From the NCBI GenBank assembly GCA_951406725.2, contig OX597828.1, positions 39,990,001 to 40,054,000 of the forward strand: a stretch of 64,000 nt of DNA, given 5' to 3'. The notes beneath the pieces were generated by a model. The model had not been told where the DNA came from. It worked only from the letters and a program-made list of their open reading frames with translations, and did not search any database. Shown here piece after piece: positions 37,391-49,849 of the stretch. Source of the DNA: Octopus vulgaris. Its lineage: Eukaryota. The position numbers and the translations under genes were made by a program. How positions within the stretch are numbered: position 1 is the stretch's first letter; the number at the start of each line of letters is the position of its first letter.

Positions 37391-38622
37391 ATGCAGCTGC
37401 AAAACAAATCTACAACAATATAAACTGAATTAACCATGCCCTCCCTTCCTCAGTTATTCGGATTCCTCATTCTAGCAGTTTGGAAACACAGTGGAAAGAT
37501 CATCTTAGTTGCAATAAAGACCCCGAAACAAATCAATTCATTGGGGCCCTTACCAGCATATCATTGGTTATGATGATGAAGGTTCCAGTTGATTTGATCA
37601 ATGAAACAGCCAGCTAATTTAATTAATGTGCAAGTGGCTGAGCACTGCACTCAACCAACACATGTACCCTTAATGTAGTTCTCAGATAGATTTGGCATGA
37701 CACAGAATGTGACGAGGCTAGCCCTTTTAATTACAGATACAATTCATTTTTGCCAGCTGAGTGGACTGCAGTAACGTGAAATAAAGTGTCTTGCTCAAGG
37801 ACACACTACATCACCTTATGATCATGAGCCGAATATTCTAACCACTGAGCCATGCACCTTCACTCATTGGGCTCTATAGTAATTATTTATTGACAGTATG
37901 CCACAGTGGCTTGGCTATACTCAGAAAGGGCCTCTAGATCTATGAGGTCCCTGGCAAGTGCCCAGTATGCCCATGTCTTAAGGCAGCACTATCTGTAGAC
38001 ATTGGCCCCTTCTTCTTCTGTGACTAACGAATAAAATATTAAAAACGTTTTTAGGAATCAAAATTTTTAGAAACTTGGCAAAATACTAATAATATCTACT
38101 GTTTTTGTTCTGTAAATATTGGAATTTGTTGAACTATTTAAAGTGTGTTAACGTTGAAGTATTGGGTTAAAAAAAAGATATTTTTCAAATAAAAGCAAAC
38201 ATCTAGATTTACTTAAAGGTCAACATTAAACATGTTTGTCCATTGGAATAATAATATGACAATCATTTCAAAGCTCACTGAAGTGACTGTGGCAGTATCC
38301 ATACACACACACACACACACACACACATTAAAACAAAATAAAAAGGAAGAAAAAGAATGCAAAAAGCATTTGTTCCAACAACTTGCAAATGTGTGGATTT
38401 GAAAAACTGGAAAAGGTAAAAAACAAAAAAACAAAAATCTATAAAACTGAATGTGAAACACTTAAAAATAAACAAGAATATAAGTGGAAAGAACTTTTCT
38501 CAATGTTGACCAGCCTCTCTGTAAAGTTGGGAAAAGGAGGATAATTTTTTTCAGCAAAAAAACTTCAGTAGTTAGGCTAACATGGTATTAAAGAAAATAA
38601 TTTGTTTGACCATTAGCCTCTA

Positions 38623-39165
38623 TTATTACCTCCGCCTTGGTGAAAGCAGAGGTATTGTTTCAGTCACATTTGTTTGTCTGTGGACAAGATATGTCTGGAT
38701 GGATTCAGATGAAACTTTCAGGGATGTTTGGCCTAATAACTGGTTGAAACTGATTAGATTTTGGGATTGATCCGGTACTGGACAAGGATTCTGGATTATT
38801 TGTTACTGTGATATTATGTTAACTTTCAAGTCTTTCTCAATTATCTCCCTTTAGGCTGTAGCTATTTTGAATGGTGAATTTGTTAACTTTGGCTTGTATT
38901 AGATAACGATAAATTATTTATTACTGTTACTAAATTTTCTACAGCCACCTTGTTCCATGATTACCATTGGAATCGATCAGGTACCGGACAAGGATTCTGA
39001 ATTATTTTACCACTTCGTTTTTTCATTTAATTTTTTAGTATTCTCATTTGTGAGAGCAGTCAAGTTTATTTCAGATATTCTCATTTAAAAAATCATCTCT
39101 GGCTAATCATTGTGAGGATGTTGGTGTTGCCTTGGCGAAGGTTTGTGCTCTCTGAGTTCCCATTT
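38623..39165 (+). mobile_element. Helentron-associated non-autonomous element (HINE/DINE-1-like)
   Basis: 5' TTATTACCTCCGCC...GCAGAGGT short IR; 3' inverted subTIR GGCGAAGGT followed by stem-loop GTGCTCTCTGAGT; repeated core GATCCGGTACTGGACAAGGATTCTGGATTATT. Confidence 0.75.
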
Positions 39166-40669
39166 TGATAATATTTACATCTATATCATGTTTCAATTAG
39201 TATGATCCCTGATTTAAACCAGCAACATTTACCTTCAAATATTTCATCCTAAATTAAACCAAATTACATTGTTATCTACAAGATCACTGGTGCATTAGAC
39301 ATTTGATATACTAAAGTGTAATAAGGTTTCTGAGATATTTTTTTCTTTGCTTTTACTTTATGGCTTAGTGAAGATCTTCTCAAACATTTTGAACTGCCAC
39401 CCTTTTTCTTTTAACTCACATGTTTTTAACATTCCTTGTTAAGATGATTCAATGTACCCTGCTTTCCAAATTTTAATGCATATAGACATAAAATCAGGCC
39501 AGAGTAATTTAGTACCGGGCACTAGTTTGGCATGTGTAACTATTTATCTGAGCACCATCCTACTTACTATAAATGAACACGATAAGCATAGGTTGTGTGT
39601 ATTCGGTTTTGTTTGTTTGACTATTCACATTACAAAGTCTATTGTTGATGTTGATGTTGAGGTGGCAAGCTGCCAAGCTGGCAGAATCATTAGCACATAA
39701 GACAAAATGCTTAGTAGGATTTCTTTTGGCTTTACATTCTGAGTTCAAACTCCTTCAAAGTCAACTTTGCCTTTTATCTTTTCAGGGTCAATTAAAATAA
39801 GTACCAGTCGAGCACTTGGGCTGATGTAATCAACTAGCACTCTCCCCCAAAATTTCAGGCCTTGTGCCCCTACAATAGACAGGATTGTTGATGTTGTCAC
39901 TATTATTATTATTGCCATTCTTGTTATGATTGTATCCATATTACATTTAAAATTTCTTTTTAAATAAGAACCAAAGACTAAACAACAGTATATATGCCTC
40001 TATTACTCTTCCCACCATTCCCTTTGACTCCAGTTTGTACATAAAATTTTCCAATGTCTCCCTATGGCAAGGGGCAGTACTATCCATTTTGAGAAACACT
40101 GATTTAATCAAAGGAGAGTGAGCAGCATCATTAACCCCTTTTTGTCAAGGCCTTCATGACCAGTGGGGAAGAGAGACGAAAAAAACTGGAGACCTTCACC
40201 AAATGCTAGTAAGAGAAAGAGGCACTTTTAAGGGTATTCCAAAGGCCAAGTGATGATGCTAAAGCAGGTGACAGATTGTTGTCGAAATTAAATGACTTGT
40301 TCATGGCCACAACCCAATGTTTTAGCAATCAGAGGTGATGGCTAAGGAACCAGGATTTTGAAATAGATGGATCAAAACTGAAAGGAAAGAGAGATTTGTC
40401 TGAGTGAGAAATGTGAAGATTGTGCAAACAGATAGATTGTCTGATGTTTGGTTGAGTGTTTTTTTTTTTTTTTTGTCTAATAGATTTTGAATTAACAATA
40501 CATACGGTGTGAAGAATTTCAAGATCCCTCACCTCACCCCAGCAGTGAACTGTCTTCTGTATTACTTTCAGTCATTTTCCATTTTTGGTTATGAAGTTCT
40601 CAATGTAAAAAGGAAAGAACTCAGTGCCATAGAAATTTATTTGGAATGTTTGGATTTTCTGAGCAATGA

Positions 40670-40702
<33 letters not shown>

Positions 40703-40704
40703 AT

Positions 40705-40860
40705 TGAACACTCCAGTTACTCACAGAACAACAACAATAGCCGGAAATTGGTCTTGTTCAGTTTGTAGGAATGGAGCCAGTAGAAATTCAATAATGTTTA
40801 TGCTGTGCAATTGCCAAGAACCTGAGATGCAGTGGTGCTTATGGTCAATTGGTAAAAAGA
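40705..40860 (+). pseudogene. Old RTE relic covering the PHD-finger region
   Basis: GNWSCSVCRNGASRNSI aligns with GRWPCSICRKGVGRNSI of the 33.8 kb copy. Confidence 0.65.
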
Positions 40861-42627
40861 TATACACATTTTTAATACTCTTACTAATATGCACCTGAAA
40901 TTGCAAATAATTAGTCCACTGCAGAAAGGAATATAGACCATGGAGCTAAATCAACTTAGAACAAGGAATATCCACTGTGTTGATTATAAGAATTGAACCA
41001 AGTATATGCAGTGTTGGCTCTGTGCCATGTATAGGTTCTTTAGTGCTGGACTGATTGAAATTATTCAACAACTTCAGGACAAGAAAATCTCATAAAGGTT
41101 GGTGGACAGTGGGGAGGGAAATGACTGGGGTACTGGAATTTGGGGATGTAGAAAGAAGACTTAACACTACTAATGGTAAAAGAAAAGAGACCGTGAGAAA
41201 AATAATTTGTGGATATGATATAATATATGAGAATGTAATAGAGAGCAGGATGTGTAGGGTGTCTGAGTATCAGAAATGCGGACATGCAGGTTATTGTTTC
41301 ATCCCAGATCATCTCTAAACAAACAGCCTCATGATCAAAATGTTCCAGATGTGACCATTCTATCCACTTCCCAATGTATTGTATCCTTCCTTATACATAC
41401 ACACACACACACACACACTCATCATCATTTTAACGTCCACCTTTCCATACTTGCATGGGTCAGCCAGGATTTGTCGAGGCAGATTTTTCTATGCCTGGAT
41501 GCTCTTCCTGTTACCAACTCTCACTTGTTTCCAAGCAATATAGTATTTCCCCTATTGTCAAGCATGTTGTCTTCACAAAAGACTGGAAACAAACAAACAC
41601 CACTTGGATGACAATGATGCTCATGTACAACCATATCAAAACAAGGGCACACACACACACACACACATACAGAATGGGCTACTTTCAGTTTCTCTCCTCG
41701 TGGTTTCCCAAAGTTGAACACCTCTGCTATATGTTTATATTTTTAATTACATCAATAAGAGGAAGAAGGACATGGCTAAAGTGTTCTGCACATCCTCCTT
41801 CCTAGAAAAGTGAAATTTGTGTGCTTCTAACCTCAACGCCTGTTGGTCATCACTGTTGATTGTAAGATAAACGTAAGCAGGGGAGCAACTCAGAGTCTTG
41901 TGCAGATGCTTGTAACATAGAGAACTCTGCTAAAGGCAATGAATGGTAACCAGACAAAAAATATATAATGAGATTTGAGATTTCACTCAAAATACATAGT
42001 GAAACTTTCCCAAGCATGCAAGCATGAATATAAATGTGCTTGTATATAAATAAGAAGTGCACAAGCATAAAGGAGTGTGTATGTATGTCTTTGTACACAA
42101 ATACAAACAGATTATTTATCGATTCATACATATATGCAACAATGTATAGTAAACAAACTTTTGTTTGGTTTGGGAAGCATCAAATGCGTTTCATATTGAC
42201 AGACAAATAAGTAATATTTTGAATGCAGGGTATAGCCGTGATTTTCCCCCCCCATCTCCCCAAAACACGAATTATTGGTCACTCCCACCCCATATTCATC
42301 ATTCATACATCCACCCCTGAACCCAACCCAGTTTTTACAGTTGTTACCTACTCTTCCCCATATGTACCATTCTTCAAAGCTGCTTTTTCATAATATTTAC
42401 CACCTCCCCAACCTAGTTCTTATCTCTGACCCTTTCTCCCTCTCCCATACACTCTTACAACATCTACTCAACCATACTCTTTGTTCTTTTGTCCCCAGTC
42501 ACTCCAACTCACCTCATTCCTTGAAAGCTTACCCTGACATCTCATCACCACTATTTTATCTCATTCCAGCTCCATCCAGGTCACACCCTCTCTTTATAAT
42601 GTGAATAGTCATGAAGTTATTCTAAAG

Positions 42628-43397
42628 TAGTGTCTGCCAAACTTATTTACCTTACAAAACACTGAGCAAGGAGAATTTATTTTGCAGCACACCAAATAAA
42701 AATCCCAACAAAATTGAATATACTTAATTAGAATGAATAAAAATAAATAAATTATAGTAACAGTAAAATAACATTGTTTTATGAACATAAAATATAATAT
42801 ATATATATATAAATAGATATATATATAGGTAATATGATACAATAATGTTTTTTGTGAGAAGGATGCAATTGGTTTTGAGAAAGAATTTTGTCAAGATGCA
42901 ACTCTAAATTAGATAAACAAATATTTAACTCCTCATCTACCATTCATAATCATTCTGATTTTTTTGACTTCATTTCCATAAGTGCAGAGATACCTAATTC
43001 TCAAAGATATGATGATTCAAAGGCCAACAGAGATTTAACGGTTGTAGTAGCTAATCAAGGATATTGGCTCCAAAGCAAAATCCAAAATCCTGACAATTCT
43101 ACTACAGAAAATGAGGCTTTGTGATAAGCATGTCTCATTCAACTCATATTAGCTATGCTTATCTACATGGCCGAAACAGCTGTAAGATATAGTCTATATT
43201 TTTATATTTATGTGTACTTATATTTATGTTTTATTATACGTATTCTACTTATTGTATAACATTACTATTTCATGTACACTGTTTTACCCTGCATTATTAT
43301 GTTTAACCTTATAGTTTATGTTGTGGTTTAATAAAGATTGAGTATTATCTGGTAATTGATATTTGATTTCGATGTATTTCTCCATTTTCTTATTTTG

Positions 43398-43434
<37 letters not shown>

Positions 43435-43719
43435 CCGTGTTTGTCGCCCCAGCATTGCTTGACAACCAATACTGGTGTGTTTACATCCCCATAACTTAGT
43501 GGTTCAGCAAAAGAGACTGATAGAATAAGTACTAGGCTTACAAAGAATAAGTCCCGGGGTCGATTTGCTCGACTAAAGGTGGTGCTCCAGCATGGCCACA
43601 GTCAAATGACTGAAACAAGTAAAGGAGCATTTATGCTTGAACTTTGTGAATGTTCTTGAATCATTGTTTTCCCAAAATCCCGAAAATATTTTTTGTGGTA
43701 CACAGTTTGGCAGACATTG
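42628..43719. mobile_element. hAT MITE containing a nested PLE relic and a SINE A1 3' half
   Basis: TIRs TAGTGTCTGCCAAACT / AGTTTGGCAGACATTG; TSD TTCTAAAG/CTCTAAAG. Confidence 0.75.
43111..43190 (+). ncRNA. Partial hammerhead motif (5' box damaged) in a Penelope-like relic
   Basis: ...ATGA-GGC..GATAAGCAT/ATGCTTATC..GCC-GAAAC-AGCT-GTA; AT-rich tail with AATAAA runs to (TA)n at about 43398. Confidence 0.6.
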
Positions 43720-44424
43720 CTCTAAAGCAACAAAAAAGCCTGTTATGCTCCAGCCATTTCTCTCATACTTTAACCCCTATCTCCTAGCATACAGCATCTC
43801 CCTCTCTACTGTAACCCTACTCAATTATCCTTGCAAGTTGAATGGTGACCTCACTGAAGTTGGTGCCATAAAAAGAGCACCCAGAGCATGTTGTAAAGTG
43901 GTTGACGTTAGGAAGGGCAGCCAGCTGCAGAATTCATGTCAAAGCAGACACTGGAGCATGATGCAGTCCTTGGACCCATTGGATCTTATCAAAGCATCCT
44001 ACCAATGCTGGCACAGAACATGAATATTAAATAATCATGGTTTCTAACAGCTGGCTGCTCTTCCTAATGCCTGCCACCTCACAACATACTCTAGGTGCTT
44101 TCTTCATAGCACCAACTTTATGATTATTATTGTTAATTATTTTAATAATGATTATGTATTTACTTGCTTGCTTATGATTGTTCATTTAAAAACAATAGGG
44201 GTGTTTTTTTCTCATTTCTGTGAAACTATGAGTAAAAATATAATTTAATATATATATTAATAATATAATTATTATTAATATACCATTATAGCACTATTAA
44301 TTAATTGTTGTGAGAATATAATATTATATAGCTAATGATAATGATAATAATAATAATAATATACCCACTCTATTACCTAATATTTCACTTCTTGTTTTCT
44401 GTTTTATCTTATAGAAAACTGGAC

Positions 44425-44480
<56 letters not shown>

Positions 44481-44483
<3 letters not shown>

Positions 44484-44849
44484 CGTAGGAGTGGCTGTGT
44501 GGTAAATAGCTTGCTTACCAACCACATGGTTCCAGGTTCAGTCCCACTGCGTGGCACAATGGGCAAGTGTCTTCTTGGCCGACCAAAGCCTTTTGAGTGG
44601 ATTTGGTAGACAGAAACTGAAAGAAGCCCGTTGTATATATGTATATGTGTGTATGTGTTTGCGTATTTGTGTCCCCCCTCCCCAACATTGCTTGACAACT
44701 GATGTTGGTGTGTTTAGGTCCCTGTAACTTAGCGGTTCAGCAAAAGAGACTGATAGAATAAGTACTAGGCTTCTAAACAATAAGTCCTCGACTAAAGGCG
44801 GTGCTCCAGCATGGCCACAGTCACATGACTGAAACAAGTAAAAGAGAGT
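44481..44849 (+). mobile_element. SINE A1 within (TA)n
   Basis: Full head-to-tail similarity to A1. Confidence 0.9.
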
Positions 44850-44926
44850 ATATACACAAGTGAAGAACGAATATATAGTGCATGTATTTATTTGGCAAAA
44901 AAAAAAATTACCTTCCTGAAATACAG

Positions 44927-44987
<61 letters not shown>

Positions 44988-47209
44988 TATATTCAAGTGT
45001 TTGTGTATGTGTGTGTACACACACCATGCTCAAAAAAAGGAGAAACTGAGAAAACAAACACTGTAATTTGAGCAGGAGTGCAATGACTTGAAATAAAAGT
45101 GGGGAAATGATATATAAGTTTGAGAACTCTTTAGTTGTTAGAACAAACAACCTGTCTAGTGGTACTTGTGACGTGATAAAGCGCACTCTGTCCAAATGGT
45201 TGGTGACAGCAAGTGCACCTAAACTATGCCACAAATAACAAATACAGGCAGTTTTCTATGTTTGTGTATGAGGAGATGAAACATTCTGAGAAGTAGAGAG
45301 GCACTGCGTTGGAAAGGGATGTGAAGTAATAGTGATGATGATGACATATGAGAAGTAACAATGTAAAGAGTATGTCATATGGTAAACTCATCTAAATTGT
45401 ACGAACATGGGTTAGACGGCTTTTATGATGATATATATATATATTTTGTAGAAGCAACAGGGTGACTCTTGATCCTCAAGTCACTCTACTGCTTCTGCTA
45501 AATATCAATTATATATATGAAGTAAGCAGTTGATGATACATTTGTACATTACTAAAAGCTTCATATTCATGTAGAGTATGTGTATGATCATTCAGATATA
45601 CTTTGTAAATAGAGATATAACTCTAAACCACTGGTAAAACTACTGTTTATTGGCTGTTAGGAAGGTTCATTTTTATTAGTCAAGATAATTTGGGCAGCTC
45701 AGGTTTATACAGAGACTATACTCTGGGAATGTTATGCAATATGACTGCCACACCATGGGGACAGATTTAAAGAAGTGATTGATAGAGTGTATTCAAGGAA
45801 TTTGTCTTAGATACACTTATTATTAACATCACAACACGAGCCAACTTTCTAGATATATTAGATCTTAAGACAGGTACCCACTAGCCCTATCGGAAGGCAA
45901 AACATCTGCAAATATCCCAATCAACCCACCCTACCAACTATAATTAGAAACTTGGTAGCCAATATGAGTGAGGAGGAGTCTTTCTAATCTTACTCTCAGG
46001 AAGACATTTTCACTGAGCTTTACCATTTTACAAGGGGCTAGACAGAAATCAGCTCTGAGAAGCCAGTTTACATGTAAACGACCACACATACACACACATC
46101 AGAGGAGAGTTAGGAAGAGGAAAGTAATCTCATTTAAATCCCCACACTCTATAACCCAGATATCTCCACAACATATCCAGGAATTTTCCTTTTATAGTCC
46201 ACCATAAGCTTTTTAATGCACACAATGTTAAAGTTAGTTATTCTTGCCCAGATAACATCACTCCCCCACCCCCGGTGCACAATCAGAATCATATATACAT
46301 GCATTCCTCCTCCCCAACAAATATTTTGCAATTGTCAAGATCTATTTGACAACTTGGTGAACCTTGCCTTCCCAAAGGTGTATCAGATATCAACTACACA
46401 GAAGAATGTTAAAATCAACATTTGTATACCATTAGTTTAGGAACAGGAGAGACTCCACTTCTCTATCTGTATTTACTTAAAAACTCAAGGACCAAGGTCA
46501 TGATTTCTCTAGTATAATTTGAAATATTGTTGATAGAGCTACTCCACCATATTCTAAACAGTAGACTCTGCTTATCTGAAAAGTCCTTGATATCTCTTAA
46601 TGAAAAGTCCAAGGTGTTGGTTCCTGTGTCAAGTGATACAAATTGAAAAAATTAGTAACTGCAAATCATACCAGTGAATAACCTCTATTGAACAGAAACT
46701 TTGATGGAACTTTTCTCTTACTTCTCAGCAGTTTAATTTAGGGCTTGCAATAATTTCAACTGTGTGACTCACTAAGACCAATAACAACTGATTTGACCAA
46801 TCATCATTAAGGATCAGCTGGTTTTACTAGAGACTTACTGTTATGCTTACATAAATTCACAAGATATCTGAAAGGTCACTCTCACATTCTAATTTTGTGT
46901 TTCACATATAATGTACAAGTCAATCTATTTATTCCACACACACACACACACACACAGAGTTGCAGACATGGCAGTGTGGTTAACTAGTTTACTTCACAAC
47001 AGCATGGTTCTGGGTTCAATTCAACTGAGTAGGACCATAAGCAAGTATCTTTTGTTGTGTTGTATCTTTATATGCCACATAATGTAGTGGCTCAGCAAAC
47101 AAATTAACTATCAGGCTGAAATAGGCACCGGCTTCAATATTTTCAGCTAAACTTTTAAAAGTGATATCTCAGTACATTTGTCCAATGATTAAAACAAACC
47201 CACATACAC

Positions 47210-48445
47210 ACTATATGAGTGTGTGGTGTGACAAAGTGTTAATATATTGAAAGAAAGTAGACATAAGCAGAACTACATGTAATGTGCAAGAGAGAAGACT
47301 GCACTGGTTTGATCATATGATACACAAGAACAAGGTCATTTTCATAAAGGAGTGCCAGTTGCTGAAAGTGGATGAAGGAGACCCAGGAAAATATGGAACA
47401 AAGAAGTGAAAGCTGATCTCGAGTTACGGAGCCTTACAGACGAGATGATGAGAAAGACTTGAGATGATTAGTGATTCATTGCGCCTGAGAAAATCTGTTC
47501 ACCACAGCAATTTAAATGATGTCTTAAAACCTCCCTGGTTATGTTTGTGTGTGTGTGTGATGGAGGACACTGCCCTGCCACTCTTTTTGCCTGTCCTGCA
47601 TTCCTCACATTTCATCCCCTAACACCTATCACTTCTCTCTCTATGACACTACTTAGCTGCTGTAATCATTTGAGAGCAGAATGTGCACCTTTGCGCTTCC
47701 AGTTAGCATCCAACTGGAATCAATTCCATCTTTCCCTTACCTTCAACATCCCTACCCACACTATCTTCACTGATTACCTTTTTCTGTGCCTCCAGACCAC
47801 CACTCTCTCTCCTCCGTCATATTCCATTTTAACACCTCTCATATTTGCTGTCATTCTCAATGCCCTCTCATATCAGCCATCATTCCTTGCTTACTGTAGT
47901 TCCTTCTACATCTCCCTCTCCACTGCTCCTACACCTTGCACATCATCCCTCTACTTTCTGACCCACTTGTCTCTCTCACCTTCTTGTATCTTGAGACACT
48001 CAAGCATCTCATCACCGCAATCTCTATCTTCATTCCAGCTACCTCCATCCATCCTTACATGATGTGGAGTAGCCATGTATCTCCTCTACAGCAAGACACC
48101 TAGGCTTATTAATCGCTCATACTTTAGCCTCTCAAAAACTTGCATAAGCCCTTCCCTCAAAGACTACTCCATCCCCTTTTAGCCAAGGAGGCTTTTTCCT
48201 TTACCTTTTCCTTATTTCTTGTTCTTTCTTGCCTCACAAGATAACTTGGTAACCTCACTAGTGCCAGTAGTACACAAAAAGTACCCAGTACACACTGTGA
48301 AGTAGTTGGCATTAGGAAGGGTAACTAGCTATAGAAACCAAGCCAAAACTGACACTGGAGTTTGATACAACCCTGCTGGGTCCTGTCAAACTGTCCAACC
48401 CATGCCAGCATGGAAAACATATTAAATGATGAGGAGGAGGAGGAC
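47210..48445 (+). mobile_element. Old RTE 3' end (decayed ORF end, pyrimidine-rich UTR, tail)
   Basis: GAAGACTGCACTGGTTTG and AGACCCAGGAAAATATGG match the RTE C-terminal coding region; 48250-48445 matches the RTE tail. Confidence 0.6.
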
Positions 48446-49061
48446 TTCTTGTATTAAAAAGGATTTTTAACCCAATCTTTACATGCCATTAGTTATAGCT
48501 TTATCTGAGATTCATTATCTCAAATATGAGAAATTATGATAAACACAAGTTTATATAACTTGTTCCTACATATGTTTCACCATTGTGGTTGTTTGAAACA
48601 CTGCATTAGATGTTCCATGTGTAATTGGATGCTTAACGAGAACAGACTATCAAGGAACATTTTGTTGCGTTTTGTTACAGAGAACTAATTAGTTTCCTGA
48701 TTAGTTCTTTGTCTTTTGCCCATTTCAGTCATTCGACTGTGTCCATGCTGGAGTAACACCTTGAAAGATTTTAGTCGAATGAATTAACCCCAATAATTTT
48801 TTTAAAGTCTGGTACTTATTCTATCAGTCACTTTTACTGAACCACTAAGTTATGGGAAGGAAAAAACACCAGCATAAGTTGTCAAGCATGGTGAGGAGAA
48901 CACAGACGATACACATACATACACACATAGTGGGCTTCTTTCAGCTTTTGTCAGCCAAATTTACTCGCAAGGTGTCATGCAGAGGAACTGAACCTTGAAT
49001 CATGTGGTTCGGAAATAAACTTTTTACCGCACAGCTATGCCTGTGCTTATTCTCTATAACA

Positions 49062-49504
49062 TCTATTATAATACTACTCATGCGTTTTTCTCCGTCACAA
49101 CATATGAATAAGGAAGGGGTGAAAAAAAATCAAACAGCGTTTCAACTCTTGAGTGAGTATGTGTGTGCATGTAAAAGGGAGGTATGTGAATGTTTGCTGT
49201 GTGTGTGTGTGTGTGTGTGTGCAATGGAAGCGGGATGGTGAATATTCAATGCTGAAAAGAAAAATCAAACAGCGTTTCAACTGCGTGTTAGTATATGTGT
49301 GTATGTATGGGCATGTACAAGGGACGTATGTCAATGTTATGCATGAACCAGCATTCTTTCAGTAACAAACGATGATTGATGTCATGTCTCAAAAGACAAC
49401 CTCTAGATAACATTGACAAGTGTATCAATTTGATTTACCATCCATATTTATATATATAAAATACTAGAATTAGTCGTCATTTTTAATGGCACGGGGCCAG
49501 CTAG
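49062..49504 (+). mobile_element. Non-autonomous Helitron
   Basis: A|TC start, GTCGTCATTTTTAATGGC hairpin, CTAG|T end; homologous to 7776-8276. Confidence 0.85.
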
Positions 49505-49519
49505 TAATGTAATAAAATT

Positions 49520-49617
49520 TTCCTTGGTGACCTATTGCGCTTAAGTATCCAATTGCATTTGGAATATCAGATGCAGAATTCCAGACAACTACCATAGAGG
49601 AGAAACGTACATAGGAA
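49520..49617 (+). ncRNA. Decayed hammerhead motif
   Basis: TTCC-TTGGTGA-CCTAT...ATAGAGG-A-GAAAC-GTAC-ATA-GGAA. Confidence 0.5.
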
Positions 49618-49849
49618 CTAATAATATAAACTTGTGTTTATTGCAATTTCTCTTACATATGCTCTGATATCATAACTAGTAATACTAGTAGATATAATAG
49701 TAACCAAACTACTTTACTGGAAGCAGACTGGATGATAATCTACATGGAGCTCTAACCATAACAGTAGCAGTTATACATCTGTTTGTAAGCACAAGAGACA
49801 CAATATACTCAAGACCTGTACTCCACAGCAGAAGTGTTAAGATTGGTCC

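Noticed and set aside
44912-44915. Possible microexons on the minus strand (4 nt here; 10 nt at 40885-40894; 21 nt at 17657-17677)
   Set aside because: AG/GT signals are present, but such short matches are expected by chance in 64 kb; unsupported without RNA data.
47541-48062. 173-aa hydrophobic ORF
   Set aside because: Falls in the pyrimidine-rich 3' UTR of an old RTE copy; composition-driven.
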